A program made the position numbers and the translations under genes. The notes under the pieces are model-generated. The model was given only the letters and a program-made list of their open reading frames with translations, made no database searches and was not told the DNA's origin. A DNA stretch of 63,909 nucleotides, filler included, from Lenisia limosa (Eukaryota; Protista; Breviatea), in assembly GCA_001655205.1 (NCBI GenBank). It is 9 parts of 9 records of this genome, joined end to end, with 100 filler letters (N's around TTAATTAATTAA, not from the genome) between each part and the next. Parts side by side here need not be neighbours in the genome. Positions count along the whole stretch, not along the records: positions 1 to 21,011 come from LPNZ01005718.1; 8 more parts are not named here. One strand, given 5' to 3'. Shown here in pieces: positions 1 to 13,800 of this stretch (positions within the stretch are counted from its first letter, which is position 1; each line of letters opens with the position of its first letter).

Positions 1-488
1 CCTCACATTTGCATGTGTATAAGTCTTATACAATCCCCCTCACATTTGCATGTGTATAAGCCTTGAACTCCATTGTGATGACATGGACAACGTCGGCACT
101 TTCTGCTGACTGAACGGTTAGGGTCGAATATTGCTTTTTTAAAGCTTAATTCTATGTCTAATGCGGATCAGCTGTCTACTCAATCAGGTACAACGCGTGT
201 ATTAAAGAATAATAAAAAACACACAAAAACAACAATTCGCAACTGCCCCCTGCCCCCCACCCAAAAAAAAANNNNNNNNNNNNNNNNNNNNNNNNNNNNN
301 NNNNNNNNNNNNNNNNNNNNNNNNNNNNNNNNNNNNNNNNNNNNNNNNNNCAGTCCTGCCGTAAATTGACACCAAATACGGATTTCCAGAAGCCTATGTG
401 TTAAAAAGAAGAATGCTGCTTATTTAAAGTGATTCTTGTTTCCATTTTAGTGTTAAGTATGAAAGCACCTTCTACAATTAATTCCCTA

Positions 489-1265
489 CTTGTTGAGAGT
501 TTGCAAAAACAAGGGCTCCCGGGGACTCATTGACAAAGTGAAACACAAATGAAGGACCAGGGTTAACATACAAAGGTAAAGAGAAATACATGAAGGTAAA
601 ATGACCTACCACATTTCACTCCCACAAACAAATTTATAGGCCCGAATGATGAGAAAGGGTAACCTTGCCTGATTGGTTTGTCAATAAACTGTCTAGAACA
701 CGGAGTAAAAATACCTTTAAGGCCTCGATTTCGGCTGTGAACGTCGAGGTGATATTGGCCACAACTTCATTGAGATAGCCTGGGTAATGAAAAAAAGGAG
801 CAATAGTCAGAAGTAAGGCTACTTTATAAGGAACCCTTTTGATAAAGTTGGATTTGCCGTTTTAACCAAGAGAAATAAGTGAAAGTTAAGGACTGGCAGA
901 CCTTTGTTGATCACATCACTGTCAATAACTGGAGAGTTCAGAACCCTACAATGTCAATGCTGAAGGGGGAAGCCTTCTATGAAGGATCCACGCTGAGTGA
1001 ATGTAGGATATGAGCCTCGCTCGGTCTATTTTGAGTAAAAACAAACATACAGATCCATTGTTTTTAGAGAAAGCCCTCCATATCATACCTGAAGCTATCC
1101 ACTTCAGGTACCCCGTTAGTGGTGTAAACAAAGCCTTGAGAAGATAGGACCAGTCTAAATGGAGTCAATCAGATTAGCGAAAAAACAAAAAAGACTCTCA
1201 AAAGCTGTGTAACAAACAGTCCAATCCTACGTTACACTGAGAAACAAAACCAAAAACAGCTTCAT
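489..1265 (-). CDS. Multi-exon secreted or membrane protein of unknown family (3' end unresolved, continues toward position 1)
   Basis: ATG at 1265. Splicing across a GTAGGA...TTTAG intron gives the signal-peptide-like MKLFLVLFLSVTLVLSSQGFVYTTNGVPEVDSF. Further GT-AG-bounded open exons include VLNSPVIDSDVINKGLPV and GYLNEVVANITSTFTAEIEALK. Confidence 0.55.
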
Positions 1266-1627
1266 GTCGGAAATCTGAATTATTATATAGGACTTCTCTG
1301 CAGCTCCTCTGTGTTGTGTGTTATTATCTTGTGTTATTCTGTGGGTGGTTATTTAAAAAAAGACCATAATTCCTACATTCAACATTTGTAGCATTAATTA
1401 CATGTTTTATTCAAGGCCGCGCCTTCGCGCCTTCTTCCGGTTCAATCTTCTCAACAAACAAATTCTGAAATAAATTAATTATTCATCAACCAACAACGTT
1501 AATAAATAAAAAAAAAGGCAACAAGAAAGAATTCTTCGTGATCCTATCCTCTCAATTCAACCATTCCACCAACCATCCCATCTCCAGCTTTTCGTTTGTA
1601 CCGCCTTTTTTTAACTAGGCGAAACTA

Positions 1628-3586
1628 ATGGTGGGAGTGCCTTGGGCCGAGGAGGACTGTGACGAAGGACATGTTGAATGGATTGCCGACTACATTGGAC
1701 AGTGCGCATATAGCCCTAGGCAGCATGCTGCTGTCATCCTTGGCCTTGTTTCAATTGCCTGGTGGTGTGTTGCCCAATTCGTAGGCTGGGTTAGGGCAAT
1801 GATGCTGATGTAGTCCTGTTTTTACCTTGGTTCTATTATTCAAAGTTGTACACTATTTTACTTTTTACTATTCCATTTCAAATTCAAAAGCTTGTGTTCC
1901 TGTTGAGTTAAATTGGATTGTAAGGATTGTGAATGAAAATGATTAGGAAAACAGTCATGATCCCTTAATGATGAACAAACCCACTAATGTACAGCAAATA
2001 TACAGGATCAGTATCATAACCCTCATTAGCAATTCAACTCACAGTTCAGCCCCAAATTCTGTCGAACTTCCGACGAAAAGATGTTGACGCTCTCTCGCCG
2101 TCCTTCCTCATAACATGGTTCATTGGCGACTCCAGTAACTGTGTCGGCAGCATCCTCACTAACCAGTTAGTTACCCAGGTTTGTGGTATTGTTTGATAGG
2201 GTCTTTCTAACTTTTAGCTATTAGACATGAATTTGGGATTTATTCAAACTCAGTCCAATATTTATCCCCCATTTCCTAGTTCGAGTTGTTTTACTCCCAT
2301 TACTGATAGAAAACAGCAAATGACTGGAGCCTACTTTGTCATGGTCACTTCAACATTTTGTATCCAGTACATCTACTACGGCTTGATACTTGGCAATGGC
2401 AGGTTTGTTCATTTGGAGACACAATTCAATTTGGTTCAAGCACATCAGTTTAATAAACCTTCCATTATTGTTTCTTTTGATTTTTTTGAAAAGAAACCCA
2501 ATTCCAAGTGAAGTCTCAGAGGCCGTCAAAGGTCATTATTTGATGATATAGACATGGCGAGAACCGACGAAATAAGAAGTTACAAAATGAAAAGGAACAG
2601 GTGGGTTGAATCGCAGTTTTACTTATATATGTCGAAGGTGTCTTCTGAGAAAACACCGATTCTTCCTACAACGGGTGGGGAATTCAAGCGTCAACACTAA
2701 CTTTCTATAGCGGTTCCAATAGTTCTTCTCCTTGTAACTACCATTTCAATTAGCTCTCTGTTTGTGTCATCTCCAATTTCCAAACCATCAAGAACACTTC
2801 TGGATATTGTGAGATTGGGGGAGGGAGTCTGCTTGACATTGTGAGTGCACGGCATCTGTCATTTGTTTTCAGTCAATATTGGGCTATTGTCAATATCCTT
2901 ACTTTCGGCTCACCCATCAGGATGTTGAAGGTGAGGACGTGTCTTGGTACAACTTCGGCTACGGTCTTGGCTGGTTATCGGCAATTCTCTACGTCTCGTC
3001 ACGAATCCCCCAGTTCATTTGGAGCTGCAGGTGAGATTTCTTTTTGCTGTTCCATCTTGATTACATCACTATTGCTTTCTCTAATTTCACACTCCCCTCA
3101 GGAGAAGATCAGTTGAAGGTCTCGCTAGACTAATGTTTATGTTTGCTATTTTCGGTTTGTGGTGGGGTGGGGATACATGAGATTTCTGTCTGAGGTCATA
3201 AATGAACAAAAAGAATTATCTGGCCTTCTCTGCCTAAAATCCATTCCTACAATAATCATGTGACGACAGCTCCATGACTATTCTCACCATACCTCATACC
3301 TTACAACATCCCCAGTACTCTAATTACACCAAGGTAACTCGTTCTATGCTGCGTCCGTATTTACGTTCAGTACCGATTCAGACTTTTTATGGGATAGATT
3401 ACCTTGGATTGTTGGAAGGTATGAAACTTGCTTGACAAAAGCTCAAATGACGCAAATAGTGCTGGCACGGTGACTCTGGATATCATGATATTCATGCAGT
3501 TTTGGTACTTTAACGTCCACGTGCCGCGAAAAGAGACAAAAGCTCTCAAAAAGAAGGAGAGCATCCAGGGTCCTGATTTGGTGTAA
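1628..3586 (+). CDS. PQLC2: PQ-loop lysosomal/vacuolar cationic amino-acid transporter (PQLC2/LAAT1/Ypq-like)
   Basis: Spliced exons contain two PQ loops: ...LGLVSIAWWCVAQF|PQILSNFRRKDVDALSPSFLITWFIGDSSN and GWLSAILYVSSRIPQFIWSCR|RRSVEGLARLMFMFAIFG|NSFYAAS...LPWIVGS|AGTVTLDIMIFMQFWYF. Stop TAA at 3584-3586. Confidence 0.9.
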
Positions 3587-3965
3587 TACCTGGTTTAACC
3601 CCCTTTGTACTACCGTTATTTATTTCAGATTGATTGTATAATAAAATGTATTGTGACGACTGTTAAAAGGTTATAGTTTCAAAATTAAACTTCACAGTTG
3701 ATAGCGTGCTGCTTTTTGTTGATCTTTACTTGATCGTTAGAATATTAGATGGCTTAATACAGGTATTTATAATGGGGGAAGGTTGCAAGACAAACATACA
3801 GCAATGGAGCATAAGTGTCTCACATTATACATACTATATATATATATATACTATTATACATATTACATACANNNNNNNNNNNNNNNNNNNNNNNNNNNNN
3901 NNNNNNNNNNNNNNNNNNNNNNNNNNNNNNNNNNNNNNNNNNNNNNNNNAGTAATAATGGGAGTG

Positions 3966-4071
3966 GTGTTCATTATGTAAGATTAGTAGATGTGTTCATT
4001 CTGTAAGGTTAGTAGATGTGCTCATTCCGTAAGGTTAGTAGATGTGTTCATTCCGTAAGGTTAGTAGATGT
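3966..4071. repeat. 26-bp tandem repeat, about 4 copies
   Basis: Unit GATGTGTTCATTCCGTAAGGTTAGTA, head-to-tail with no spacers. Confidence 0.9.
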
Positions 4072-4224
4072 GGGGGGGGGGTTACATATCATATTATGGC
4101 AAAAACATCATGTTTTAAGCGTGAACTGTCATATTTCATGTTATTTTTGTTTGTTCCAAAGTCGATCATATTAGCACCCCACCCTGTCCTCTTCAATCAT
4201 ATTAGCACCCCACCCACCCTATCT

Positions 4225-5020
4225 TCAATCAGTGTCATAAACAAGCTCTGGCAGATCAACATAGTTATTGTCCAAGTCCCATAAATAGAGCATATCTTCA
4301 AGACGGTCAAGGGTCTAAGAGGTTAGCACAGTTCAGAGTCTTATTGATTGCTTCAAGGTCATTTAAGCCCGGAGCAGGACTATATGAGATCTGATGAAAG
4401 TCCCTAAGATTATGGGGTTTTTCTGCTACCCAAAACGAATAAGACGGAAAAGGATTGTATTTTTGGAAATTGTCGAATCCAATCCCAGTCCAATCCTAAA
4501 AGCTGGCAAAGTTAGGTAGCAGATCCTCTTACTCTTGGATTATATCGATCAAACCAAGGCACACATGAGGACGGGTGTACATGGAACCCTAAGAAGATGT
4601 GAGTATTTCTAAATACCACATGAAAAAGGTGACCATATTGCGACGGGGAGGTAAAATCTGATTTATAACTTTCTCATTTGAGACATATCAATGTATTGTG
4701 TTATATGTGCCAGCATTCCTACCTACCCAATCCTCTATCAATATCAACCATCACTTGAGGCGGATTCTGAAGAAGTTAAAGGGAAGATCTGATATGGGAA
4801 GTAGTAATTCCTCAAAATGGTAAGAACATTACTGTAGTCCAATTTCTATTAGATCTTCCCTTATAAATAGAAAGCAAAAGAAATAGAGTCGATATATCAA
4901 AACGCTTACAGTTGGACATTTGTCAAGTTCCAAGTCCTGAACTTGCACCATACAATTGGGAATAAATCCTATCACTGCCTGGCCTGAAACTGGTTACAAG
5001 ATGAGGTGACCAGCTGTCAA
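4225..5020 (-). CDS. Probable multi-exon gene of unknown function
   Basis: Short open minus-strand segments: DSWSPHLVTSFRPGSDRIYSQLYGASSGLG, DWTGIGFDNFQKYNPFPSYSFW, ISYSPAPGLNDLEAINKTLNCANLL, DMLYLWDLDNNYVDLPELVYDTD*. Start codon and exact splicing not resolved. Confidence 0.4.
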
Positions 5021-5339
5021 AAAAGGAACAAATAGCAAGGGAAAGGTTCCTTTAAAGTTTTTACAGAGGGAAAAAAGATAAATGTAGTGAAAACGCAATA
5101 CATGTCAAAAAAAAAAACGCCAACACAAGGCATTCTTTCTATCCCCCTGACAATTTGCGGTTTTTTGTGCTAGTAGTCGTATCGCTGTTGGGGATATCTC
5201 GAGGCTGCTTGACACTAAAACAATTAATCCGAAATCAGATACTGAGAGCAAATTAAACAATCATAATAACTTGAGACCGCATATTATCGTTTGCTATGTA
5301 TATTTTGATTTTTTAAAACTGAAAAGCCGCCGCAAACAC

Positions 5340-6050
5340 GCCTCACATACAAGAAGCGTAAATGTCAAAAACAGTCTTGGTCAGTTTGAATGTGGAGGGT
5401 TTTTGCGTCACCAACTGGGTTGCTGGGTCTTGGAAGAGTAGAATTATGTCTGTCATTTCTAAGATGTAAAAGGAATACTATTTTAGGAGAAATTTGTATG
5501 TGACAGAAGCCTTGTGACAGAAGCCTTCCATGTCAACATGTTCAGAAAGGACACAAGCACGGTAGGAATAATCACACCAACTACTCAATTTGGCTACTCT
5601 TTCTCTACCCACAATGATAGACACAAGTCGTATTTCGAACAAATTATTTATATCACATTTACATTTCCCCTTCCTTTTTCAAGCTTACAAAGAGAACTCA
5701 GAGACACCCTTGCCATACCTAACGATGTCTTTAACACGTTTACTTAGGCATCAGTCTTGGGTCATGTTGGCGGATGCAGGTGTCAAGCATAAAGAAGATT
5801 TGGCAAGAAGAGGAGAAGGTAAAACAATTAGAGGGAAAAGTAGGCAAAAGAGACAAGCAAAAGGGGCCACATCCAACACACACCTGACCAACACACCAAC
5901 AATGAATGCAATGCGAAATGGCGGCGAAATAATGAAAAGCTTAAATGCGGCGGCGGCGGAGGAATGTGCGTTGAAAATCAGAAAGGAGAACAGGAGAGCA
6001 AAAAAAGGAGAAAAGTTGTATTATAAAATTCTATCTAAACATTCTAGAAG
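5340..6050 (-). CDS. Possible small membrane-protein gene
   Basis: Hydrophobic open segments (FALLFSFLIFNAHSS, GVIIPTVLVSFLNML) and a plausible last exon IILLFQDPATQLVTQKPSTFKLTKTVFDIYASCM*. The model is not closed. Confidence 0.3.
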
Positions 6051-6234
6051 TGGTTGGATTGGGACAGAGGAAGAGCCAAGGAAAAAAGTACCTTGAAAGA
6101 CAACACCGAGTAAGGCCCCCTTCTTGCTTCTTTATCCAACATTGCTATTTATAATATTATCTGCAAAGAGAATTTGAAGAGAAGAGGAAGGGTCGATAGT
6201 GCTTTGACAGCAGGAGGGGCTGTGATCGGGGAAA

Positions 6235-9200
6235 ATGATGAAGGCATCAAGACCAAGAAGCCCCCTTTCGTGTTGCTCAAGAACCAGAAGGGTGAGTCCT
6301 GAGGCGGAGTTAGAGGTAATATTGGATGATATTGCTTTCAGTCTTCACTTCAGGTGGTTTCTTTCATACTGGTGGCCTCCCTCGGTATCTTCTTTTCATT
6401 CATCAGGACGATGACACCCACAAACAAGCCTTCAGAGGAAACGTTGAGCGGTTAATTGTGAGGAGGAGCATGGAAAGATATCCTTCTTTTCTCGTTTATC
6501 TTGTGATTCCTTTCCTTAACGTTTCTGTTTATTCCTCAGGAAGCTCTTGAACAAAACCCAGAATCAATTGAAGAACTGGACAAATGCGTGAGGAGGGGCA
6601 TTATTACAGCTCTGTATGATGTGAACTTTTGTTGGGTTTTTTTCTGAAAGATGCTAAAACAATATGAATATGGTTGATATTATTTTGCACCCTAGATATC
6701 CATTGACCCATAGGAAAGAACACCTTTGATGCTCGCAGCACAAGAAGGGCACAACAACGTGATTACTGTGTTGCTCAGGGCAGGGGCTAACCCCAACTAC
6801 ATTAATGATAAAGTGAGGGGGCATGGGAAAAGGTTGATTTGTCTAATTATATACGTTATAGTCTTAATAATCCCAGGGGTACACGGCAGTTCTTGCCGGA
6901 TGTGCGAGGGGGCATCTCAGCATTGTCACTTTATTGGAGACTAATGGTGCCAAATTGGACCAAAAAGACGAACTTGTAGGTCTAATAACTTATGGTCATC
7001 ATTGGCATGAGATCGATTTGAGAGTGGCAGTTTTTTTCAATTAACTGCATGTTCGCATGGCATAACTGCTCATTCTGGATACTTCTGACTGACAGGGTCT
7101 GAATGGGTTGCATTGGGCAGCCCGTAAGGGACATCTTGATGTTGTCAAGTTCTTGCTTCAGAAGGGGTTCGACATCAACCAAAAGACAAATGATGTGGGT
7201 CCACTGGCTGTGGTTTGGAAAAATGGATTATAATCGATGTTTTCCTGGAGTTTTATTTTTGGAACCGAAGTAAAGTTATTACCCTCACCTTAAGGTAAGT
7301 TAATATTATGCCTCTCATATGATATTATTGACAATCAGGGCAAAACGGCCTTGGAGTATGCGGTTATTGAGGAGCGACTGGACACAATTAAGTACCTTCT
7401 TTTACAAGACCCACACATTCCTTCCGTAGACTATGAGGTCGGTGTCTTCTGACTTTGTTAAACTTGGTGATAGGATAATCATCGAAATTTCCTTGGTATC
7501 TTATCACTACCGTCAACGAATAATACGATATAATAGGTATACTATTTATATGTACTGTTCACATATGATATATTATATAATATTCTTTACTTTATCATCT
7601 TGCTACATTCTCTGATCTTTTCTTACAGTCCGTGTCCCCATTAGTCGTGTCAGCAATGAAAGGAAATGTTGGTCAACTGGTTATGAGCTTTTTCTTCAGG
7701 TCAACGTAATCTAATTGAAACTGACTTTCAAGATTGAGATTGCCAAGCTCTTTATTGAGCTTGGGGTTGATGTCAATATGAAGTCCTTTTTTGGTGTAAG
7801 CTGGTGTGAACTTTTTTTGCACATTTTTTAGAACATTTTGGTCAGAGTTTGTCTTTGAGCTATCGCATATTTTATTTTTATTCTTTTTTCTTTCTGTTTG
7901 TAGGATACTGCCATTCACTCCGCTTGTAAATCCGGGTTTGTGGGATGTTCGGCTGGTCTCCTTATTATCGATATGAAAGCATACTATACTATACAATACT
8001 ATTATTATCACACAAGAAAGAGGAAGAGAGTGGCGTAGAAGCTTTGGATGAATTGAATCATATTGTATGAAGGTACATTGTAATATTTTACAGTATCATA
8101 CAAAACAAGCTATACAGTCAAACAACATTTTATAGATTATCAACATGACTGGACAGCTTCGGTGTGACTTGACTTCCTCCTTGTACTGACATAATCAGGT
8201 CATTGAGCATGGTCAAGCTTCTCGTGGAGTCTGGAGCGGATCCCCATGCCCTCGACAACAGAGTAGGCCATGCTTGATCCTGAATAGGATTAATTGCCCA
8301 TCTCGATCGAAGGCCTCATTAGTCTTGACTTTCCAGAACATGACCCCCCTTGGAAGGGCTACTGATGTTGATATCATTTCGTATCTCAAGGCAATCTAAT
8401 TCTGTTTCACATTTCAAAGTTCTGTTTCACATTTCATCCCTCTTTCTCATGTTTCTTTTATCATATGTATATTTGTTTTTATTGTTTCAAGTGTTCGGTC
8501 TCATTTCACGGGTGGTAATGGGGTTTCACCTTGTTACAACCTGCCTTTTTGGGCGATTCTTCCAACGCGTGGTTAAGGGAAAGAAAGTTAGGCCTACACC
8601 AGTCGCGAAAAGGGGGGAACTCCTAAGGTTTCCGCGCCAAATTCAAGTAAGTCACACAATTAGACTAATTTACCGCCATGTGTGGAGGCGACGGCAATCT
8701 TCGGTAGTGGGCATTGTATTTGAGAAACGTGCATCAATCAGCGTAATTCACCAAGGATTAAAACAACACTCATAAATGGGAAAGTTCAGCTGGTTCTGTT
8801 AATAAACGGCAGAGAAGTTGGGAGCTACGTAGTGAGTTGAAATTCAATATTATCCAATGAATTACAATACTAGATCATCTGATATATCCCACACCTATCA
8901 CAATCTGAAGTAGCCAAACAGGGAAGCAGCTTAAAACGCTTCATTACAACACTAAGGAATATATATATCATTTTAAATATACATGTACTCCTCCAAGGTT
9001 ATAGCGCTTCTTACTGTTTTTAAAGCCCATCATACCTTCATTGACAAAGAGCCTTTAATATCACAACAGGTCGCTCGCTCTTATGAAGACAATTTGCAAA
9101 ACTGGAGAATAAAACGTTTTCAGGAGGAGGAAAAAACTCTTAAACAAAGGAAGTAAAGATGAAGCTGAAATTGCCACTATATTTCTGGCAAAAAGACTGG

Positions 9201-9705
9201 GATACTAGAATTACGTCCTTTGTGTCTCAAGTCCCATGCAAAATTATTGTGTTAAATTTCATATCGCGTTATACGAAAAGTGTATTGGAAGTAGTATCCC
9301 CACTCCCCACAACACACATAAACATATCACCAACCACGTCACACACATAAACACATTATATCACCTACCACGCCCTCTCCCTTGCGCCTGGGATTGTTCA
9401 ACTCTCCCTCCACTCCTGCTACTTCCCTCCCATCCTTTCTTTCATTACTCTACTCCCACTACAACTCCCCTCAACTCCACCAAGTTACCCCCTCCCCCCA
9501 AATAACATAATAGTTTCAAGTTCCCTTTCTGTCCGTACAAATACTCCAATAACTGTTTTAGGGTCTTATCAATTGAACAAGTGAAACCGAGGTTGAAAGA
9601 GTGACCACAAAGAGTAAAGAGCTTTCTATACTTTGTGGAGTAGAGTATTCGATGATAAATGGGGACCCATTCGCGGACAGACTTATAAAAGATGAACCAT
9701 CATAA
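6235..9705 (+). CDS. Ankyrin-repeat protein (at least 6 repeats) with an unrelated C-terminal region
   Basis: Exons of roughly one repeat each: RTPLMLAAQEGHNNVITVLLRAGANPN, GYTAVLAGCARGHLSIV, GLNGLHWAARKGHLDVVKFLLQKGFDIN, GKTALEYAVIEERLDTIKYLL, DTAIHSACKSG|SLSMVKLLVESGADPHALDNR. The start and the link across 8.3-9.07 kb are uncertain. Probable last exon ends ...RLIKDEPS* at 9705. Confidence 0.8.
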
Positions 9706-10829
9706 AGAGTATAGGGCTAGGTTGGGGCATCATGACCTATTTGTGCGGCCGCTGATGTTATCAAGTTGTTATGTCTGATAAAATGATGGGTTCATTAAAA
9801 TGGGTCATCTGAATTAAAGTTATCAAAATACCCATTATTTTTTTTTTATTTTTTTTTTCTTATCAATAACCTCAATTTAATGTCTTTCTCTCCTCAAGAA
9901 AAAAGTTGATGTAAGAATCAAACTATCCAACACGACAACTCCAAACATTTAGAGGCTACGGTTAATTGTTCTGATAACTAACTCGAGACCAACTGAAAAC
10001 ATGATCATTGCGCTTGAAAAGTAAAAAATAATCCTGTAATCAAATAATTAAATAAATCGCGAAATTGTAACAACGTAACAAATGAGTAAAACAATATCTG
10101 TTGTTGTTATTTCTTTGTTTCAACTATATATCAATTAATGTAGTTAAATTAAATAATATATGTTAAATATAAATATATATAAATATAATATTATATTGTT
10201 AGATAAATTAATATATACTATTTATACAAACAAAAAACCAGTCTTATCTTTAATTAGTCTTTTCAATATTCGAATAAACAAAATTTAAAAAAGTATAATA
10301 CCAATGAGATGAATGTTTCATTAATGATTAATTATTAAATCTCTATCAGCCTTTCCATCGGAGTAATACAAAAATCAATTGTCGGCATTTTTTTGGGCCA
10401 GGTCGAAATTTCATTTGCCGGCATGGCTTTGCTGCTTGGCTCTGTTGACGCGGGGCCAGCCATATCTTTTTCTGGGTGTCTCATTTGTCCAGATCGGAAT
10501 TGCAGTTGCTTGTATGAGTTGGCCTAGCCTGGGTAATTAGAGGCGTGTCTTATCTCCTGGCCAGTCCGTGGTTGCGGTGTCCCTTCTTTGGGCCAGTTCG
10601 TGGCGTGCGTGGCGGGTTACTAGAGGCAGGGCCACCCGATTGTTAGTTCTGGGTCTCATATTGTGGTCTGCTAATATCAACCTTGTCCTAACATCCCCAT
10701 CAGAAAGAAGTTAATTTACATTTTTTACACATCCTCATTATTATTATTATTCCTCAAGTTAGCAAACAATTTTGCACCAATTGGATGAGACACTCACTCA
10801 GTTGAAGCCAAGTGGTGTGTGAATTGAAA

Positions 10830-13800
10830 TCAGAAACTGTGGTAGAAGTTGTTGAAGTCGACGGTGGAAAGAAATTGCTCAAGTTGGTCATGGCGTCCTT
10901 GGCTGCAGACCTGCGACGTGATTTTGACCAAAAATTTGGTTTTTCTGGTTAAATAGAGACAAAAAACTGTGTGAATTCCGATGAAAGGCTGAAGATCTGC
11001 TGCACCCGTTCAGATGAAGTTGTCATTTGCTCCTTTATTAGCCAAAACAAAAACCTCCATTTCTGCGAGTGATTCAATTCTACTGCAATATAATAATGCC
11101 CTGTCCAGGAGTTGTTTGATCGCAGTGTAAACAGAACGAGAGCTAAATTCAGTTAAAATGGTCGAATTATAAATTGAAGGTTGTGTCACCTTTCAACGAA
11201 CATGCTGTCATTGGAATGGTCATTTCAACCCCTCATTATGATCATAATCGCGTGAATGAACCACAAACAAACCCAACTGGTGACAATACCAAATTGTCCC
11301 CCCCCCCCCANNNNNNNNNNNNNNNNNNNNNNNNNNNNNNNNNNNNNNNNNNNNNNNNNNCAATAATTGTTATGAATTCTTGTAAGTTCATCGACTGTCT
11401 TGGCCTTAAAGCTAAGAAAATATAGATTATTAAAATAGCACATAAGCAGAGAGTACAAAAACACACCTTCTTGAAATCCTCTTCCATTGCTCGTGAAGCC
11501 CGATCAAACACTTCAATTGAACAATACTGGAGAATACATGTGATGACATGAGACATTTCTTGGCGCCCAGCACAGAGTTTTCGGGAAAGGGAGTTTGGCT
11601 TCTTGGGGAACCGACTTTGCAGGGTGAACCACGTCGATCTAAGAAGGATCAGAAAAAAAAAGAGAAAGAAGAATTGGTTCGCATAACTGACAGTTTGATG
11701 TTCTGGAATCCAGCTGCTGAACAAATCGTACTGTTTATCATGTATTTTTTATGATATGTAGTATATCATATGTCACATAAATTTGCGATTACGTCATTGT
11801 GACTACATTTGACAGAATTTAACCAAGATTTTGGGAAAATCATCACTGTTGTTATATTACTTGTATTACTCTAAATCTAAATTACGCAAGTTACGCTCGG
11901 TTATGCTTCTTTCTGTCCTTCGACCGAGCCAAGTTTTGGAATTATAACCTGTTTTATGATCACCTCCCCTCTCTGTCAACCCCCCTCACTTGAGCCTGGT
12001 GAGTACGTAATGAATGCGAATGAAAAACTGCTTGACATCTTGATACTGAAGTGTCAGAAAAATGCACTTGTGTCAAATTGAGGCTTACAATCTGAAGGCT
12101 TTTCTTGCTGATAACTAACGAGGTAGGCCACGGAACTTCAACATCAATATGCACATAGTCTAGGGCAAAGAGGCCGCCAATTTTACTGACATCTGCCTGC
12201 TGGGGTGAGTGACACCTTTTCACGACAAACGTACCTCGATTTCCTTAGCTTTCAAGTGGACTTTTAAATTGGGGTCATGGGAGCACTTCAATGATGTTAG
12301 CAAAATTCGTTGCAATGTTGAGGCGGAGGGAATTCCTAAAATGTTATCCACTGTGAATACGGATACCTTTATTCTTGGAAACTTCAACCAATAAACCATC
12401 AATAAGCGAAATCGCAAAATCCCCTCTTCCAAGAAGAACAAAACTACAAGATCAGAAGGTAAGCTAGCAAACTCTCGCAATTGTTTGCAAATACCAGCCA
12501 AGTTCGATTCGCTGACAATTGCCTGGACCAAGGCTGATTGCAAAATTTTGGTTCGAAGCTGGATAGTCTAAAAGGTTACACAATCACATAAACCAACAGA
12601 AAGAATACTGCGTTCAATTGCCATTTCCAAGGACAAGTCTGGAACAAGCTCCATTTGAACCCTTTGAGAGTTGGGGTGGTCCTTTTTCTGGTTCAAAACC
12701 ACTTCTTCAACAGAAGCGTTATCACTGATACTGTCACTCAAAGGATGTGAAGATGTAACAATATTCTCTTCTTCTTGATCTTCTTCAGGCTCGATAACGG
12801 AAGATTCCATGTGATTGTCCCCAGTTTGTAGAACGGCATCTTGCTCAACCATTTTTTCCGAGCCCTCTTCAATGGAAATCTTAACTTCAACTTGAAGTTG
12901 CTCTTCTCTTTCAACCAGCATTTCATTTTCACCTTTACTCTCTCCTTCCTCATCTTTTCTTCTTCCCCCTTCCCCAACTTCTTCACCTTTGCTTTCTTCA
13001 TCATCATCTTTCACTTTATTAATTTCATTATTAAATTCACCTCTGTTCATTTCCTCTTCACCATTTCCATTTTGTTCCATACCTTCAACTTGACCATCAC
13101 TATCCATACGGTTTGGTTGCGTATGAACCACTTCTTCAACCACCTCATCCTTGATTTCTTCTTTCATATCTTCAACCACGTCTTCTTTGCTTTCATCAAT
13201 GGGACTCACAATTGCCTCCTTCTTTTCAAATACCACCCCCAAAGGTTCATTGGGAAAAGGAAGATTTAATAATTGGTTTCGCTTTTCAGACAAATGCATC
13301 CTCTGAAGTCTCCATTTGGTGCGGTTCCTGTATGGTGAAACAAAAACAAAAACCAACCTTTTGTACTGAATTTCTTGTTCCATTCTTTCGTATTCTTTTT
13401 CAATTCGCTCCTTCACTACACGAATGAAAAGAAGCCCCAAGCAACAAACCTTCCTTGACGTGCTTGTTTGAATGTTGTTGACTTGACCACCACCCAATGT
13501 CATCTGACGGTTTCAGTCTTTCAATTTCAGCTTCCTTCATCGCAATACGGTGGTTTTCTGCTTGTTCTTTCAAAGTTTCTAAGAGCTTCTGCTTCTTCTC
13601 TCTCTCAGCCTTCTTCTTGACATCTTTTTCCTCTTGCACTCTAAGTAGTTTTTGAAGAGACTGAATGTCAAATACAAGTAAATTCATACTTTTTGTTTTT
13701 CATTTTCTTGGTCCACGAGCTTCTGAATACTTTTCTTTTGTGCTTGATCTTCCAAATCTATGCTTCTCTGCACAGGATCAACATATGGTCATTTGTCACC

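Noticed and set aside
1380-1620. Arg/Lys-rich minus-strand snippets suggestive of a tiny ribosomal protein (RPL41-like)
   Set aside because: I could not build a start-to-stop spliced model or find a diagnostic motif.
5590-6096. 168-aa basic plus-strand ORF
   Set aside because: No recognisable domain, and it is most simply the antisense of a hydrophobic minus-strand segment.
12841-13269. 142-aa Phe-rich plus-strand ORF
   Set aside because: Antisense shadow of the acidic GCP6 exon.
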